Source of the DNA: Mobula hypostoma
Lineage: Eukaryota
DNA: 64,000 bases
Direction: 5' to 3'
Assembly (NCBI RefSeq): GCF_963921235.1
Contig: NC_086097.1
Span: forward strand, 254,946,001-255,010,000
Part shown: positions 1 through 9,816 of the stretch, piece after piece
How the letters are laid out: every line of letters begins with the position of its first letter
Numbering within the stretch: the first letter of the stretch is position 1
The notes under the pieces: generated by a model
The model's input: only the letters and a program-made list of their open reading frames with translations
What the model was told of the DNA's origin: nothing
Databases searched by the model: none
Translations under genes and position numbers: made by a program

Positions 1-345
1 AGGAAGCATGTTCAGCTGATGGGTGAGTCGGAAACCAGAGGCCACAATTTAAGAATAAGGGGTGGGCCATTTAGAACGGAGTTGAGGAAGAACTTTTTCA
101 CCCAGAGAGTGGTAGACAATATGGAATGCTCTGCCCCAGAAGGCTGTGGAGGCCAAGTCTCTGGATGCTTTCAAGAAAGAGATGGATACAGCTCTTAAAG
201 ATAGCGCTATCAAAGGTTATGGGAATAAGGCAGGAACTGGATACAGATTGTGGATGATCAGCCATGATCACAGTGAATGGCGGTGCTGGCTCGAAGGGCG
301 GAATGCTCTACTTCTGCACCTATTATCTATTGCCCATTGTCTATT
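1..345 (+). mobile_element. CR1 LINE 3' fragment (array-resident subfamily), cut by the window start
   Basis: TRGH..RIRGGPFRTELRKNFFTQRVV-type CR1 ORF2 C-terminus and ctattg-type tail; same sequence as 10748-11155 and 24400-25110. Confidence 0.85.
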
Positions 346-1261
346 GACCAAGACTAAAATTGACAAAAAACTCATAATTCTACCAAATAGTTACAACTGT
401 GCAAAGTAATACCGTAATTTGATAAGAGCAGACCATGGGCACCGAAAAAAATGTTTCAAAGACCTGATGGCCTCATCATCTCACGCAGACGGTAGAAGGA
501 AGAAACTCCCCCTGCCATGAGCTTCCAGCGCCGCGAACCTTCTGATAAAGCGTCCTGGAAGCACCCGCCCACAGTCCTATTCTGAGTCCGTCCGAAAACT
601 TCGATCTTCCGACCGGCCCTCCGACACCGAGCACGGAGTACCATCTCTGCCGAGCGCATCGACCCATGTCCCGGCCGCTAAGCAACAGGCACAGCCGAGG
701 ATTCAGGATATTCCCCTCCGGAGATTTCGGAACACACATAGGAGCGGAAGCGAAGCAGGCATTTCCTTGGTTCATGAAGATGTTCTGCTTCTGACCCATG
801 AGTTCCCGCCGGGGCGTAATGATCCAGGAAAGGTGAATGCGGAAATGTTGCTAACTGTGGTGTTGTTGGTGATATGTGGGTATTGAGGGCCAGATTTCAG
901 ATGACCTGAATATGCATGTTCACGGAAGCGACGCAATACACGGTATGTTTCGATGTCTCTGTGAGGAAGTGATTGTACGCCGAATGTTTGTCGCTGCATT
1001 GAAGTAGAGATATCAATTCCAACTGCAATAACAATCGGTTGTAAAAATAGAAGGATAATTCCTTGCATGCGATAGAATGAATTGTCGTTTGGGAACATGA
1101 CAGGTGACAGAGGCAAAGAGCGACCGTATGTGTGTCTGAGTGGTTGGTTGATGATTGAGTGTGTCTGTGTGTGAGCTGCTGATTGTGCAACGGTGAGCAG
1201 TGCCAGGCATGCAACGGTGCTTGTCGCGCAGAGCAAATTACAGAGGTGAATTGGATCTGCT

Positions 1262-1334
1262 GGAGAATTAGCTCAAATGGTAGAGCGCTCGTTTAGCATG
1301 CGAGAGGTAACGAGATCGATGCTCGCATTCTCCA
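1262..1334 (+). tRNA. tRNA-Ala(AGC) variant, A3:U70, probably non-functional as Ala
   Basis: GGAGAATTAGCTCAAATGGTAGAGCGCTCGTTTAGCATGCGAGAGGTAACGAGATCGATGCTCGCATTCTCCA; G3>A, C31>T, G49>A versus the array consensus; TTTT at 1341-1344. Confidence 0.85.
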
Positions 1335-1834
1335 TTGACATTTTGTATCCAGAGGCACTCGTCTCATCAAGTTGCTGTGAAGTTTGGAATGTACAGAAGA
1401 TAGGTGTGGCGGAGAGAGAGAGACGATCGTGTCTCAGTAAAGGAAACGGGGAAATCTGCTGCCTTGAAAGCAGATACTAGGAAGAGCCAGCTGGCAGCTG
1501 GTGCTTCAGTAGTATTTGAGCAGCAGGTGTCCATTCAGACAGAAATCAGTTAAGTGTTCGAAAGGAAATTGCCCTGGACTCTGGGCGAAATCAGAAAGCT
1601 GAGCAGCCTTTGATTTTGACAAGCAAAGAAGATCAAAGAGCTGTGTTGGAGTCGCACCGAGAATGGTGATATGCTCGGTGATGTGCGTCATCCGGTCGCC
1701 TGTGGTCCCTAGTGCTGGAAGGACTGGATATTACATTTGGCAGGCTGTTGCTCTGGGTCGAAAGTCACCAGGATGAAAATCTGCATAATCATTGTCGGTA
1801 GGAGCCAGCGCGGCGAAGCTTGGGTATCGCTTTT

Positions 1835-1920
1835 CCTTCGATAGCTCAGTTGGTAGAGCGGAGGACTGTAGAGGAAATGGAGTCATCCTTAGGTCGCTGG
1901 TTCGAATCCGGCTCGAAGGA
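1835..1920 (+). tRNA. tRNA-Tyr(GTA) with 13-nt intron (1872-1884)
   Basis: Exons match the vertebrate Tyr-GTA sequence CCTTCGATAGCTCAGTTGG...GGTTCGAATCCGGCTCGAAGGA; intron AGGAAATGGAGTC after position 37; TTTT at 1931-1934. Confidence 0.97.
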
Positions 1921-2574
1921 TCGGGACTTCTTTTACTACGCCGATCATCAGTTCCGTACTACAGAGCTTCTCGGTGGCACAAGACTGCAGTCCGAGGAGC
2001 TCCGACTCGTGACGGGATAGAATACAGAGTCATCTAATCACATAACAGGCAAGGCCAGCAGATCACTGGGTCACATGTCAGAGCGCTATGTCCCCACTCT
2101 TGCTGCTCTGACTGTACGACAACCGTCAGTCGTCCTAAAGTAACACAGAGATGGAAATATTAGATTAGATTAGATTAGGTTATGACGGCATTCAGTCCTC
2201 GTTCTTTTAAATCAACTTACAATGCATTAAAAATGATACAATGTTTCTGCGGTATGATGTCACAAAGGCCGCGTGTAGCAAGTGTACAGAGGAAGATACC
2301 GACACAAAGGCCCAGATGGAACATCGGTGACCTCTTCGTTGGAAAACATTTAGGAATCAGTCTAGGATTAGCGATTCCAAACTGCACGAGCAAGGGATGC
2401 CAGAATCTGAATTTCGGCTGATCGTTGGAGGGCACCGTTGAATGCGAAGGCAGCTGACGGCATTGCCATCGCACTTATGTCGTTTCCATATATCCGCTGA
2501 GGTGGAATTCAGCTCATCTGTGTGGTGGCGCAAGTCCGGAGCAAAATCTTCATATTTCTGCGAGTGATTTGAAG

Positions 2575-3190
2575 TGACCGCTGTGAAACAGAGGAGTCAG
2601 ATGTGCATTAGGTGTACAGCAACATGAAATTGGAGCGTCCTGCAGAAGCGAGCTGTTGGAACAGCAGGTTTGCAGTGTGCATATGTCTGCAGTGTTTTGT
2701 CCCTCCTGTCATCGTCCCGGAGAGAGGCAAATCGTCCATTGATGATTGAATTCAGTCATTGAGCTTTTCAGCTGATTTGTCATTTGGCTGTAGTTTTCCA
2801 AAACTGTCGGAGAATGCGGCAACGAAATAGTCAGGAACGGCAGATCCGAGAATGCTCTGTTTGATAGCAGTGTAGAATTCCAGGAGAATGTTGTGTCGTT
2901 GATGCAGTTCTACAATCTGCCAGAAGAAATGGATGACGCGGCCATTGCCTTGGTTCATGAAGATGTTCTGCTTCTGACACACGAGTTCCCTCCATGGTGT
3001 AATAATACAGGAACGGTGAATGTGGAGAATTTGTTAACAATGGTGCTGTTGGTGATATGTTCGTGTTGAGGGGCCAGATTTCGGCTGAAGGGCATCTGCG
3101 TGTTCACGGAAGGAACGCATTGCACGGTATGTTTCGGTGTGTCCATGAGGGAGTAATTTTACGCCGAATTTTTGTCGCTACTTTGAAGTC
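2575..3190 (-). mobile_element. Old degenerate Rex1/Babar-like LINE ORF 3' fragment (representative; one copy in nearly every unit)
   Basis: Minus-strand peptide HFFWQI..HNILLEFYTAIKQSILGSAV..KLQ..KSAEKL..SMDDL..LLFQELASAGR resembles the Rex1/Babar RT C-terminus (FLRQL..FYTAIIESILTSSI..KLQR..SAEKII..LFQ.LPSGRR). Other copies near 765, 5790, 11960, 14600, 20170, 22400, 25930, 30165, 35095, 36950, 42485, 47420, 59365. Confidence 0.65.
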
Positions 3191-3198
3191 TAGATATC

Positions 3199-4209
3199 CG
3201 TTCTCGTCCGGTCCGTGATGTCCATATTCCGGTTCCCGGTCCGGTTCATCGACCCTTGCTCCAGGTTTCCTTTCTACCCTGTTTCTGTCCTTGTTGAGCT
3301 AATTGAGGCAGCTGATTCTCGTTGGGGCTGGCTGCATAAATACCTTCAGAGACCAGGGCGTGGTTGCTGGATTATTCTTGTCCTAACACCTTGTATCCCT
3401 TCCTCTGACTTCTGTTTCCTCTCCTGAAGTATTGCCCTGTCTTGCTGGAAACGCTCGCCTCGTCCTGCTGGAAACGCTCGCCTCGTCTTGCTGGAAACCA
3501 TCGCCTCGTCTTGCCTGCTGTCTTGTACTGTAGCCACCCCGTTCCTAGCTCCCTTCCTATCCCTTGCCTCCGCCCAGGTAAGCCAGGCCGTCTTGCCGTT
3601 ACTTGAGGTTTGTTCTGTCCCGTCCTGTCCCTTGCCTCTGCTGGGTGGTGATCCGCGCCGTGCCCAGGAGTAACATGCCCTGCCCAGGAGGAGCCTGCTA
3701 AGCCTCGTCTGAAGTCTGCAGCCTCCAGCCTCGACTCGCCTCAAGTCTCCGGCCTCCAGCCTCGCCTCGCCTCAAGTCACCAGCCTCCAGCCTCGCCTCG
3801 CCTCAAGTCTCCGGCCTCCAGTCTCCAGCCTCGCCTCGCCTCAAGTTTCCTGACTCCAGTCTCCAGCCTCGCCTCACCTCAAGTTTCCTGAGTCCAGTGT
3901 CCAGGCTCGCTTCGCCTCAAGTCTAAAGTCTCAAGTCTCAAGTCTCAGGTCTCGTCTCGCCTGCCTACAAGACTCGTCCTTGCCTGGTTCTGGGGCCGAG
4001 CCAGAGGCAAGACACAGGTACTGGGTCCTTGTGCAGTCTCTGGCTCGGAGTCCAAGCTCGGGCTCCTAGCTCCCTGGTTCAGTCCTGTTCCAGGTTCCTG
4101 GTTTTTCTATCCATGTCCTTGCTTTCGCCCTGTATCCTAGTCCTGTCCCTAGTTCTTCAGTGTCTGTGTCTGGCACTTGGGTCCGTTACCAGCCCGTGCC
4201 CGTATGACA
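3199..4209. mobile_element. Solo-LTR-like element
   Basis: Flanked by ATATC direct repeats (3194-3198, 4210-4214); ends in ..GACA; empty site GATATCAATTCC present in other units (e.g. ~1009). Confidence 0.7.
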
Positions 4210-4469
4210 ATATCAATTCCAACTGCCGTCACAATCGGTTGTAAAAATAGTCAGAAGGATAATTCTTTGCATGCGGGAGAATGAATTGTCGTTTGGGGAC
4301 ATGAAAAGTGACAGTGGCAGAGAGCGACCGTATGTGTGTCTGAGTGGTTGGTTGATGATTGAGTGAGTGTGTCTGTGTGTGAGCTGATGACTGTGCAACG
4401 GTGAGCAGTGACAGGCATGCAATGGTGCTTGTGGCGCTGAGCAAATGACAGGAGGTGACCAGATGTGCT

Positions 4470-4542
4470 GGGGAATTAGCTCAAATGGTAGAGCGCTCGC
4501 TTAGCATGCGAGAGGTAGCGAGATCGATGCTCGCATTCTCCA
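4470..4542 (+). tRNA. tRNA-Ala(AGC), intact consensus
   Basis: GGGGAATTAGCTCAAATGGTAGAGCGCTCGCTTAGCATGCGAGAGGTAGCGAGATCGATGCTCGCATTCTCCA; full cloverleaf, G3:U70, downstream TTTT. Confidence 0.96.
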
Positions 4543-5049
4543 TTGGCATTTTGTATCCAGAGGCACTCATCTGATTAAATTGCTCTGAAGTTTGGAATGC
4601 ACAAAATATAGGGGTGGCAGAGAGGGACATGAACGTGTCTCAGTCAAAACAAAGTGGGAAATGTCGTAGGTCTGCTGCGTTAAAGGCAGATGCGACGAAA
4701 AGTTAGCTGGCAGCTGGTGTTTCAGTAATGCATGAGCTGCAGGCGACCATTGAGACAGAAATGAGTTAAGTGGTCAAAAAGAAATTGCCCTGAATACTGG
4801 GCGAAATGAGAAAGCTGAGTGCCCTTTGGTTTTGTCAAGCAGAGAGGATCAAAGAGCTGTGTTGGACTCGCACCTGGAATTGTGATAAACTCGGTGATAT
4901 GTGTAATCCGGTCGCCTGTGGCCCCTAGTGCTAGAAGGAATAGACATTACAATTGGCAGGCTGTTGCCATCGTTCGACAGACAGCAGCATGAAAATCTGC
5001 ATAATCATTGTCGGTAGGAGCCAACGTGGTGAAGCTTGGTGTCGCTTTT

Positions 5050-5135
5050 CCTTCGATAGCTCAGTTGGTAGAGCGGAGGACTGTAGAGGAAATGGAGTCA
5101 TCCTTAGGTCGCTGGTTCGAATCCGGCTCGAAGGA
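5050..5135 (+). tRNA. tRNA-Tyr(GTA), intron-containing, intact
   Basis: Identical to 1835-1920. Confidence 0.97.
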
Positions 5136-6413
5136 TCGGGACTTCTTTTACTACGCCGATCATCAATTCCGTACTACAGAGACTCTCGGTGGCACAAGAC
5201 TGCACTCCGAATTGCTCCGACTCGTGACGGGATAGAATACAGAGGCATCTAATGACATAACAGGCAAGGCCAGCAGATCAGTGGGTCACATGTCAGAGCG
5301 CTATGTCCCCACTCTTGCTGCTCTGACTGTACGACAACCGTCACTCGTCCTAAAGTAACACAGAGATGGAAATATTAGATTAGATTAGATTAGGTTATGA
5401 CGGCATTCAGTCCTCATTCTTTTAAATCAACTTACAATGCATTAAAAATGATACAATGTTTCTGCGGTATGATGTCACAAAGGCCGCGTGTAGCAAGTGT
5501 ACAGAGGAAGATACCGACACAAAGGCCCAGATGGAACATCGGTGACCTCTTCGTTGGAAAACATTTAGGAATCAGTCTGGGATTAGCGATTCCAAACTGC
5601 ACGAGCAAGGGATGCCAGAATCTGAATTTCGGCTGATCGTTGGAGGGCACCGTTGAATGCGAAGGCAGCTGACGGCATTGCCATCGCACTTATGTCGTTT
5701 CCATATATCCGCTGAGGTGGAATTCAGCTCATCTGTGTGGTGGCGCAAGTCCGGAGCAAAATCTTCATATTTCTGCGAGTGATTTGAAGTGACCGCTGTG
5801 AAACAGAGGAGTCAGATGTGCATTAGGTGTACAGCAACATGAAATTGGAGCGTCCTGCAGAAGCGAGCTGTTGGAACAGCAGGTTTGCAGTGTGCATATG
5901 TCTGCAGTGTTTTGTCCCTCCTGTCATCGTCCCGGAGAGAGGCAAATCGTCCATTGATGATTGAATTCAGTCATTGAGCTTTTCAGCTGATTTGTCATTT
6001 GGCTGTAGTTTTCCAAAACTGTCGGAGAATGCGGCAACGAAATAGTCAGGAACGGCAGATCCGAGAATGCTCTGTTTGATAGCAGTGTAGAATTCCAGGA
6101 GAATGTTGTGTCGTTGATGCAGTTCTACAATCTGCCAGAAGAAATGGATGACGCGGCCATTGCCTTGGTTCATGAAGATGTTCTGCTTCTGACACACGAG
6201 TTCCCTCCATGGCGTAATAATACAGGAACGGTGAATGTGGAGAATTTGTTAACAATGGTGCTGTTGGTGATATGTTCGTGTTGAGGGGCCAGATTTCGGC
6301 CGAAGGGCATCTGCGTGTTCACGGAAGGGACGCATTGCACGGTATGTTTCGGTGTGTCCATGAGGGAGTAATTTTACGCCGAATTTTTGTCGCTACTTTG
6401 AAGTCTAGATATC

Positions 6414-7424
6414 CGTTCTCGTCCGGTCCGTGATGTCCATATTCCGGTTCCCGGTCCGGTTCATCGACCCTTGCTCCAGGTTTCCTTTCTACCCTGTTTC
6501 TGTCCTTGTTGAGCTAATTGAGGCAGCTGATTCTCGTTGGGGCTGGCTGCATAAATACCTTCAGAGACCAGGGCGTGGTTGCTGGATTATTCTTGTCCTA
6601 ACACCTTGTATCCCTTCCTCTGACTTCTGTTTCCTCTCCTGAAGTATTGCCCTGTCTTGCTGGAAACGCTCGCCTCGTCCTGCTGGAAACGCTCGCCTCG
6701 TCTTGCTGGAAACCATCGCCTCGTCTTGCCTGCTGTCTTGTACTGTAGCCACCCCGTTCCTAGCTCCCTTCCTATCCCTTGCCTCCGCCCAGGTAAGCCA
6801 GGCCGTCTTGCCGTTACTTGAGGTTTGTTCTGTCCCGTCCTGTCCCTTGCCTCTGCTGGGTGGTGATCCGCGCCGTGCCCAGGAGTAACATGCCCTGCCC
6901 AGGAGGAGCCTGCTAAGCCTCGTCTGAAGTCTGCAGCCTCCAGCCTCGACTCGCCTCAAGTCTCCGGCCTCCAGCCTCGCCTCGCCTCAAGTCACCAGCC
7001 TCCAGCCTCGCCTCGCCTCAAGTCTCCGGCCTCCAGTCTCCAGCCTCGCCTCGCCTCAAGTTTCCTGACTCCAGTCTCCAGCCTCGCCTCACCTCAAGTT
7101 TCCTGAGTCCAGTGTCCAGGCTCGCTTCGCCTCAAGTCTAAAGTCTCAAGTCTCAAGTCTCAGGTCTCGTCTCGCCTGCCTACAAGACTCGTCCTTGCCT
7201 GGTTCTGGGGCCGAGCCAGAGGCAAGACACAGGTACTGGGTCCTTGTGCAGTCTCTGGCTCGGAGTCCAAGCTCGGGCTCCTAGCTCCCTGGTTCAGTCC
7301 TGTTCCAGGTTCCTGGTTTTTCTATCCATGTCCTTGCTTTCGCCCTGTATCCTAGTCCTGTCCCTAGTTCTTCAGTGTCTGTGTCTGGCACTTGGGTCCG
7401 TTACCAGCCCGTGCCCGTATGACA
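6414..7424. mobile_element. Solo-LTR-like element (duplicate of 3199-4209)
   Basis: Offset 3215 from the first copy; ATATC flanks. Confidence 0.7.
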
Positions 7425-7684
7425 ATATCAATTCCAACTGCCGTCACAATCGGTTGTAAAAATAGTCAGAAGGATAATTCTTTGCATGCGGGAGAATGAA
7501 TTGTCGTTTGGGGACATGAAAAGTGACAGTGGCAGAGAGCGACCGTATGTGTGTCTGAGTGGTTGGTTGATGATTGAGTGAGTGTGTCTGTGTGTGAGCT
7601 GATGACTGTGCAACGGTGAGCAGTGACAGGCATGCAATGGTGCTTGTGGCGCTGAGCAAATGACAGGAGGTGACCAGATGTGCT

Positions 7685-7757
7685 GGGGAATTAGCTCAAA
7701 TGGTAGAGCGCTCGCTTAGCATGCGAGAGGTAGCGAGATCGATGCTCGCATTCTCCA
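7685..7757 (+). tRNA. tRNA-Ala(AGC), intact
   Basis: Identical to 4470-4542. Confidence 0.96.
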
Positions 7758-8264
7758 TTGGCATTTTGTATCCAGAGGCACTCATCTGATTAAATTGCTC
7801 TGAAGTTTGGAATGCACAAAATATAGGGGTGGCAGAGAGGGACATGAACGTGTCTCAGTCAAAACAAAGTGGGAAATGTCGTAGGTCTGCTGCGTTAAAG
7901 GCAGATGCGACGAAAAGTTAGCTGGCAGCTGGTGTTTCAGTAATGCATGAGCTGCAGGCGACCATTGAGACAGAAATGAGTTAAGTGGTCAAAAAGAAAT
8001 TGCCCTGAATACTGGGCGAAATGAGAAAGCTGAGTGCCCTTTGGTTTTGTCAAGCAGAGAGGATCAAAGAGCTGTGTTGGACTCGCACCTGGAATTGTGA
8101 TAAACTCGGTGATATGTGTAATCCGGTCGCCTGTGGCCCCTAGTGCTAGAAGGAATAGACATTACAATTGGCAGGCTGTTGCCATCGTTCGACAGACAGC
8201 AGCATGAAAATCTGCATAATCATTGTCGGTAGGAGCCAACGTGGTGAAGCTTGGTGTCGCTTTT

Positions 8265-8350
8265 CCTTCGATAGCTCAGTTGGTAGAGCGGAGGACTGTA
8301 GAGGAAATGGAGTCATCCTTAGGTCGCTGGTTCGAATCCGGCTCGAAGGA
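8265..8350 (+). tRNA. tRNA-Tyr(GTA), intron-containing, intact
   Basis: Identical to 1835-1920. Confidence 0.97.
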
Positions 8351-9043
8351 TCGGGACTTCTTTTACTACGCCGATCATCAATTCCGTACTACAGAGACTC
8401 TCGGTGGCACAAGACTGCACTCCGAATTGCTCCGACTCGTGACGGGATAGAATACAGAGGCATCTAATGACATAACAGGCAAGGCCAGCAGATCAGTGGG
8501 TCACATTTCAGAGCGCTATTGCCGCACGCTTGCTGCTCTGACAGTACGACAACTCTCACTCGTCCTAAAGTAACACAAAGTTAGAAATATTAGATTGGAT
8601 ATGATTAGATGATGAGGACACTCAGTCCTCGTTTACTGTAATTTTAAAATGCATGCCTTAAAAAATGATACCATGTTCCTCCGGTATGATAGCACAGAAA
8701 CACAAGGCAGACTTGAACATCAGTCACTGAAAGCAAGCATGCAAGTACAGCAGGCAGTGAAGAAAGCTCATGGCATGCTGGCCTTCATAACAAGGGGAGT
8801 TGAGCATAAGAGCAAAGAGGTCCTTCTGCAACTATACAGGGCCCTGGTGAGACCACACCTGGAGTACTGTGTGCAGTTTTGGTCTCCAAATTTGAAGAAG
8901 GACATTCTTGCTATTGAGGGAGTGCAGCGTAGGTTCACAAGGTTAATTCCCGGGATGGCGGGACAGTCATATGTTGAAAGATTGGAGGGACTGGGCTAGT
9001 ATATTCTGGAATTTAGAAGGCTGAGAGGGGATCTTATTGAAAC

Positions 9044-9087
<44 letters not shown>

Positions 9088-9150
9088 GCAACATACATCA
9101 AAGTTGCTGGTGAACGCAGCAGGCCAAGCAGCATCTGTAGGAAGAGGTGC

Positions 9151-9186
9151 AGTCGACGTTTCAGGCCGAGACCCTTCGTCAGGACT
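9151..9186 (-). ncRNA. Minimal type I hammerhead ribozyme
   Basis: Minus strand AGTC-CTGACGA-AGG(GTCTCGG)CCT-GAAA-CG-TC-GACT: intact CUGANGA/GAAA/GUC core, stems I and II, palindromic ACGT stem III. Confidence 0.85.
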
Positions 9187-9477
9187 AACTGAAGGAAGAG
9201 TGAGTAAGGGATTTGAAAGTTGGAGGGGGAGGGGGAGATGCAAAATGATAGGAGAAGACAGGAGGGGGAGGGATAGAGCCGAGAGCTGGACAGGTGATAG
9301 GCAAAAGGGGATATGAGAGGATCATGGGACAGGAGGCCTAGGGAGAAAGACGGGGGGGGTGACCCAGAGGATGGGCAAGAGGTATATTCAGAGGGACAGA
9401 GGGAGAAAAAGGAGAGTGAGAGAAAGAATGTGTGCATAAAAATGAGTAACAGCTGGGGTACGAGGGGGAGGTGGGGC

Positions 9478-9768
9478 CTAGCGGAAGTTAGAGAAGTCAA
9501 TGTTCATGCCATCAGGTTGGAGGCTACCCAAACGGAATATAAGGTGTTGTTCCTCTAACCTGAGTGTGGCTTCATCTTTACAGTAGAGGAGGCCGTGGAT
9601 AGACATGTCAGAATGGGAATGGGATGTGGAATTAAAATGTGTGGCCACTGGGAGATCCTGCTTTCTCTGGCGGACAGAGCGTAGATGTTCAGCAAAGCGG
9701 TCTCCCAGTCTGCGTCGGGTCTCACCAATATATAAAAGGCCACATCGGGAGCACCGGACGCAGTATAT
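9478..9768 (-). pseudogene. GIY-YIG endonuclease domain remnant of a Penelope-like ORF
   Basis: Hand translation IYCVRCSRCGLLYIGETRRRLGDRFAEHLRSVRQRKQDLPVATHFNSTSHSHSDM..LEEQHLIFRLGSLQPDGMNIDFSNFR*; 5'-truncated. Confidence 0.9.
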
Positions 9769-9780
9769 CTTCCTTCAGTT

Positions 9781-9816
9781 AGTCCTGACGAAGGGTCTCG
9801 GCCTGAAACGTCGACT
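9781..9816 (+). ncRNA. Minimal type I hammerhead ribozyme
   Basis: AGTCCTGACGAAGGGTCTCGGCCTGAAACGTCGACT; exact reverse complement of 9151-9186. Confidence 0.85.

Larger units (their letters stand above)
2077..8506 (+). repeat. Near-perfect direct tandem duplication, period 3215 bp
   Basis: Tyr genes at 1835/5050/8265, Ala genes at 4470/7685 and ORF pairs (e.g. 2182 vs 5397) are all offset by exactly 3215; only a few substitutions seen. Confidence 0.95.

Noticed and set aside
1792..2037. Recurrent short ORFs over the Tyr genes (RFSFDSSVGRAEDC.., FPSIAQLVERRTVE..)
   Set aside because: They are translations of the tRNA gene; starts and stops vary between copies.
1965..2130. Possible third tRNA or small RNA downstream of Tyr (CCGACTCGTGACGGGATAGAA resembles a reversed T-arm)
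   Set aside because: No cloverleaf or A/B box pair could be built on either strand.
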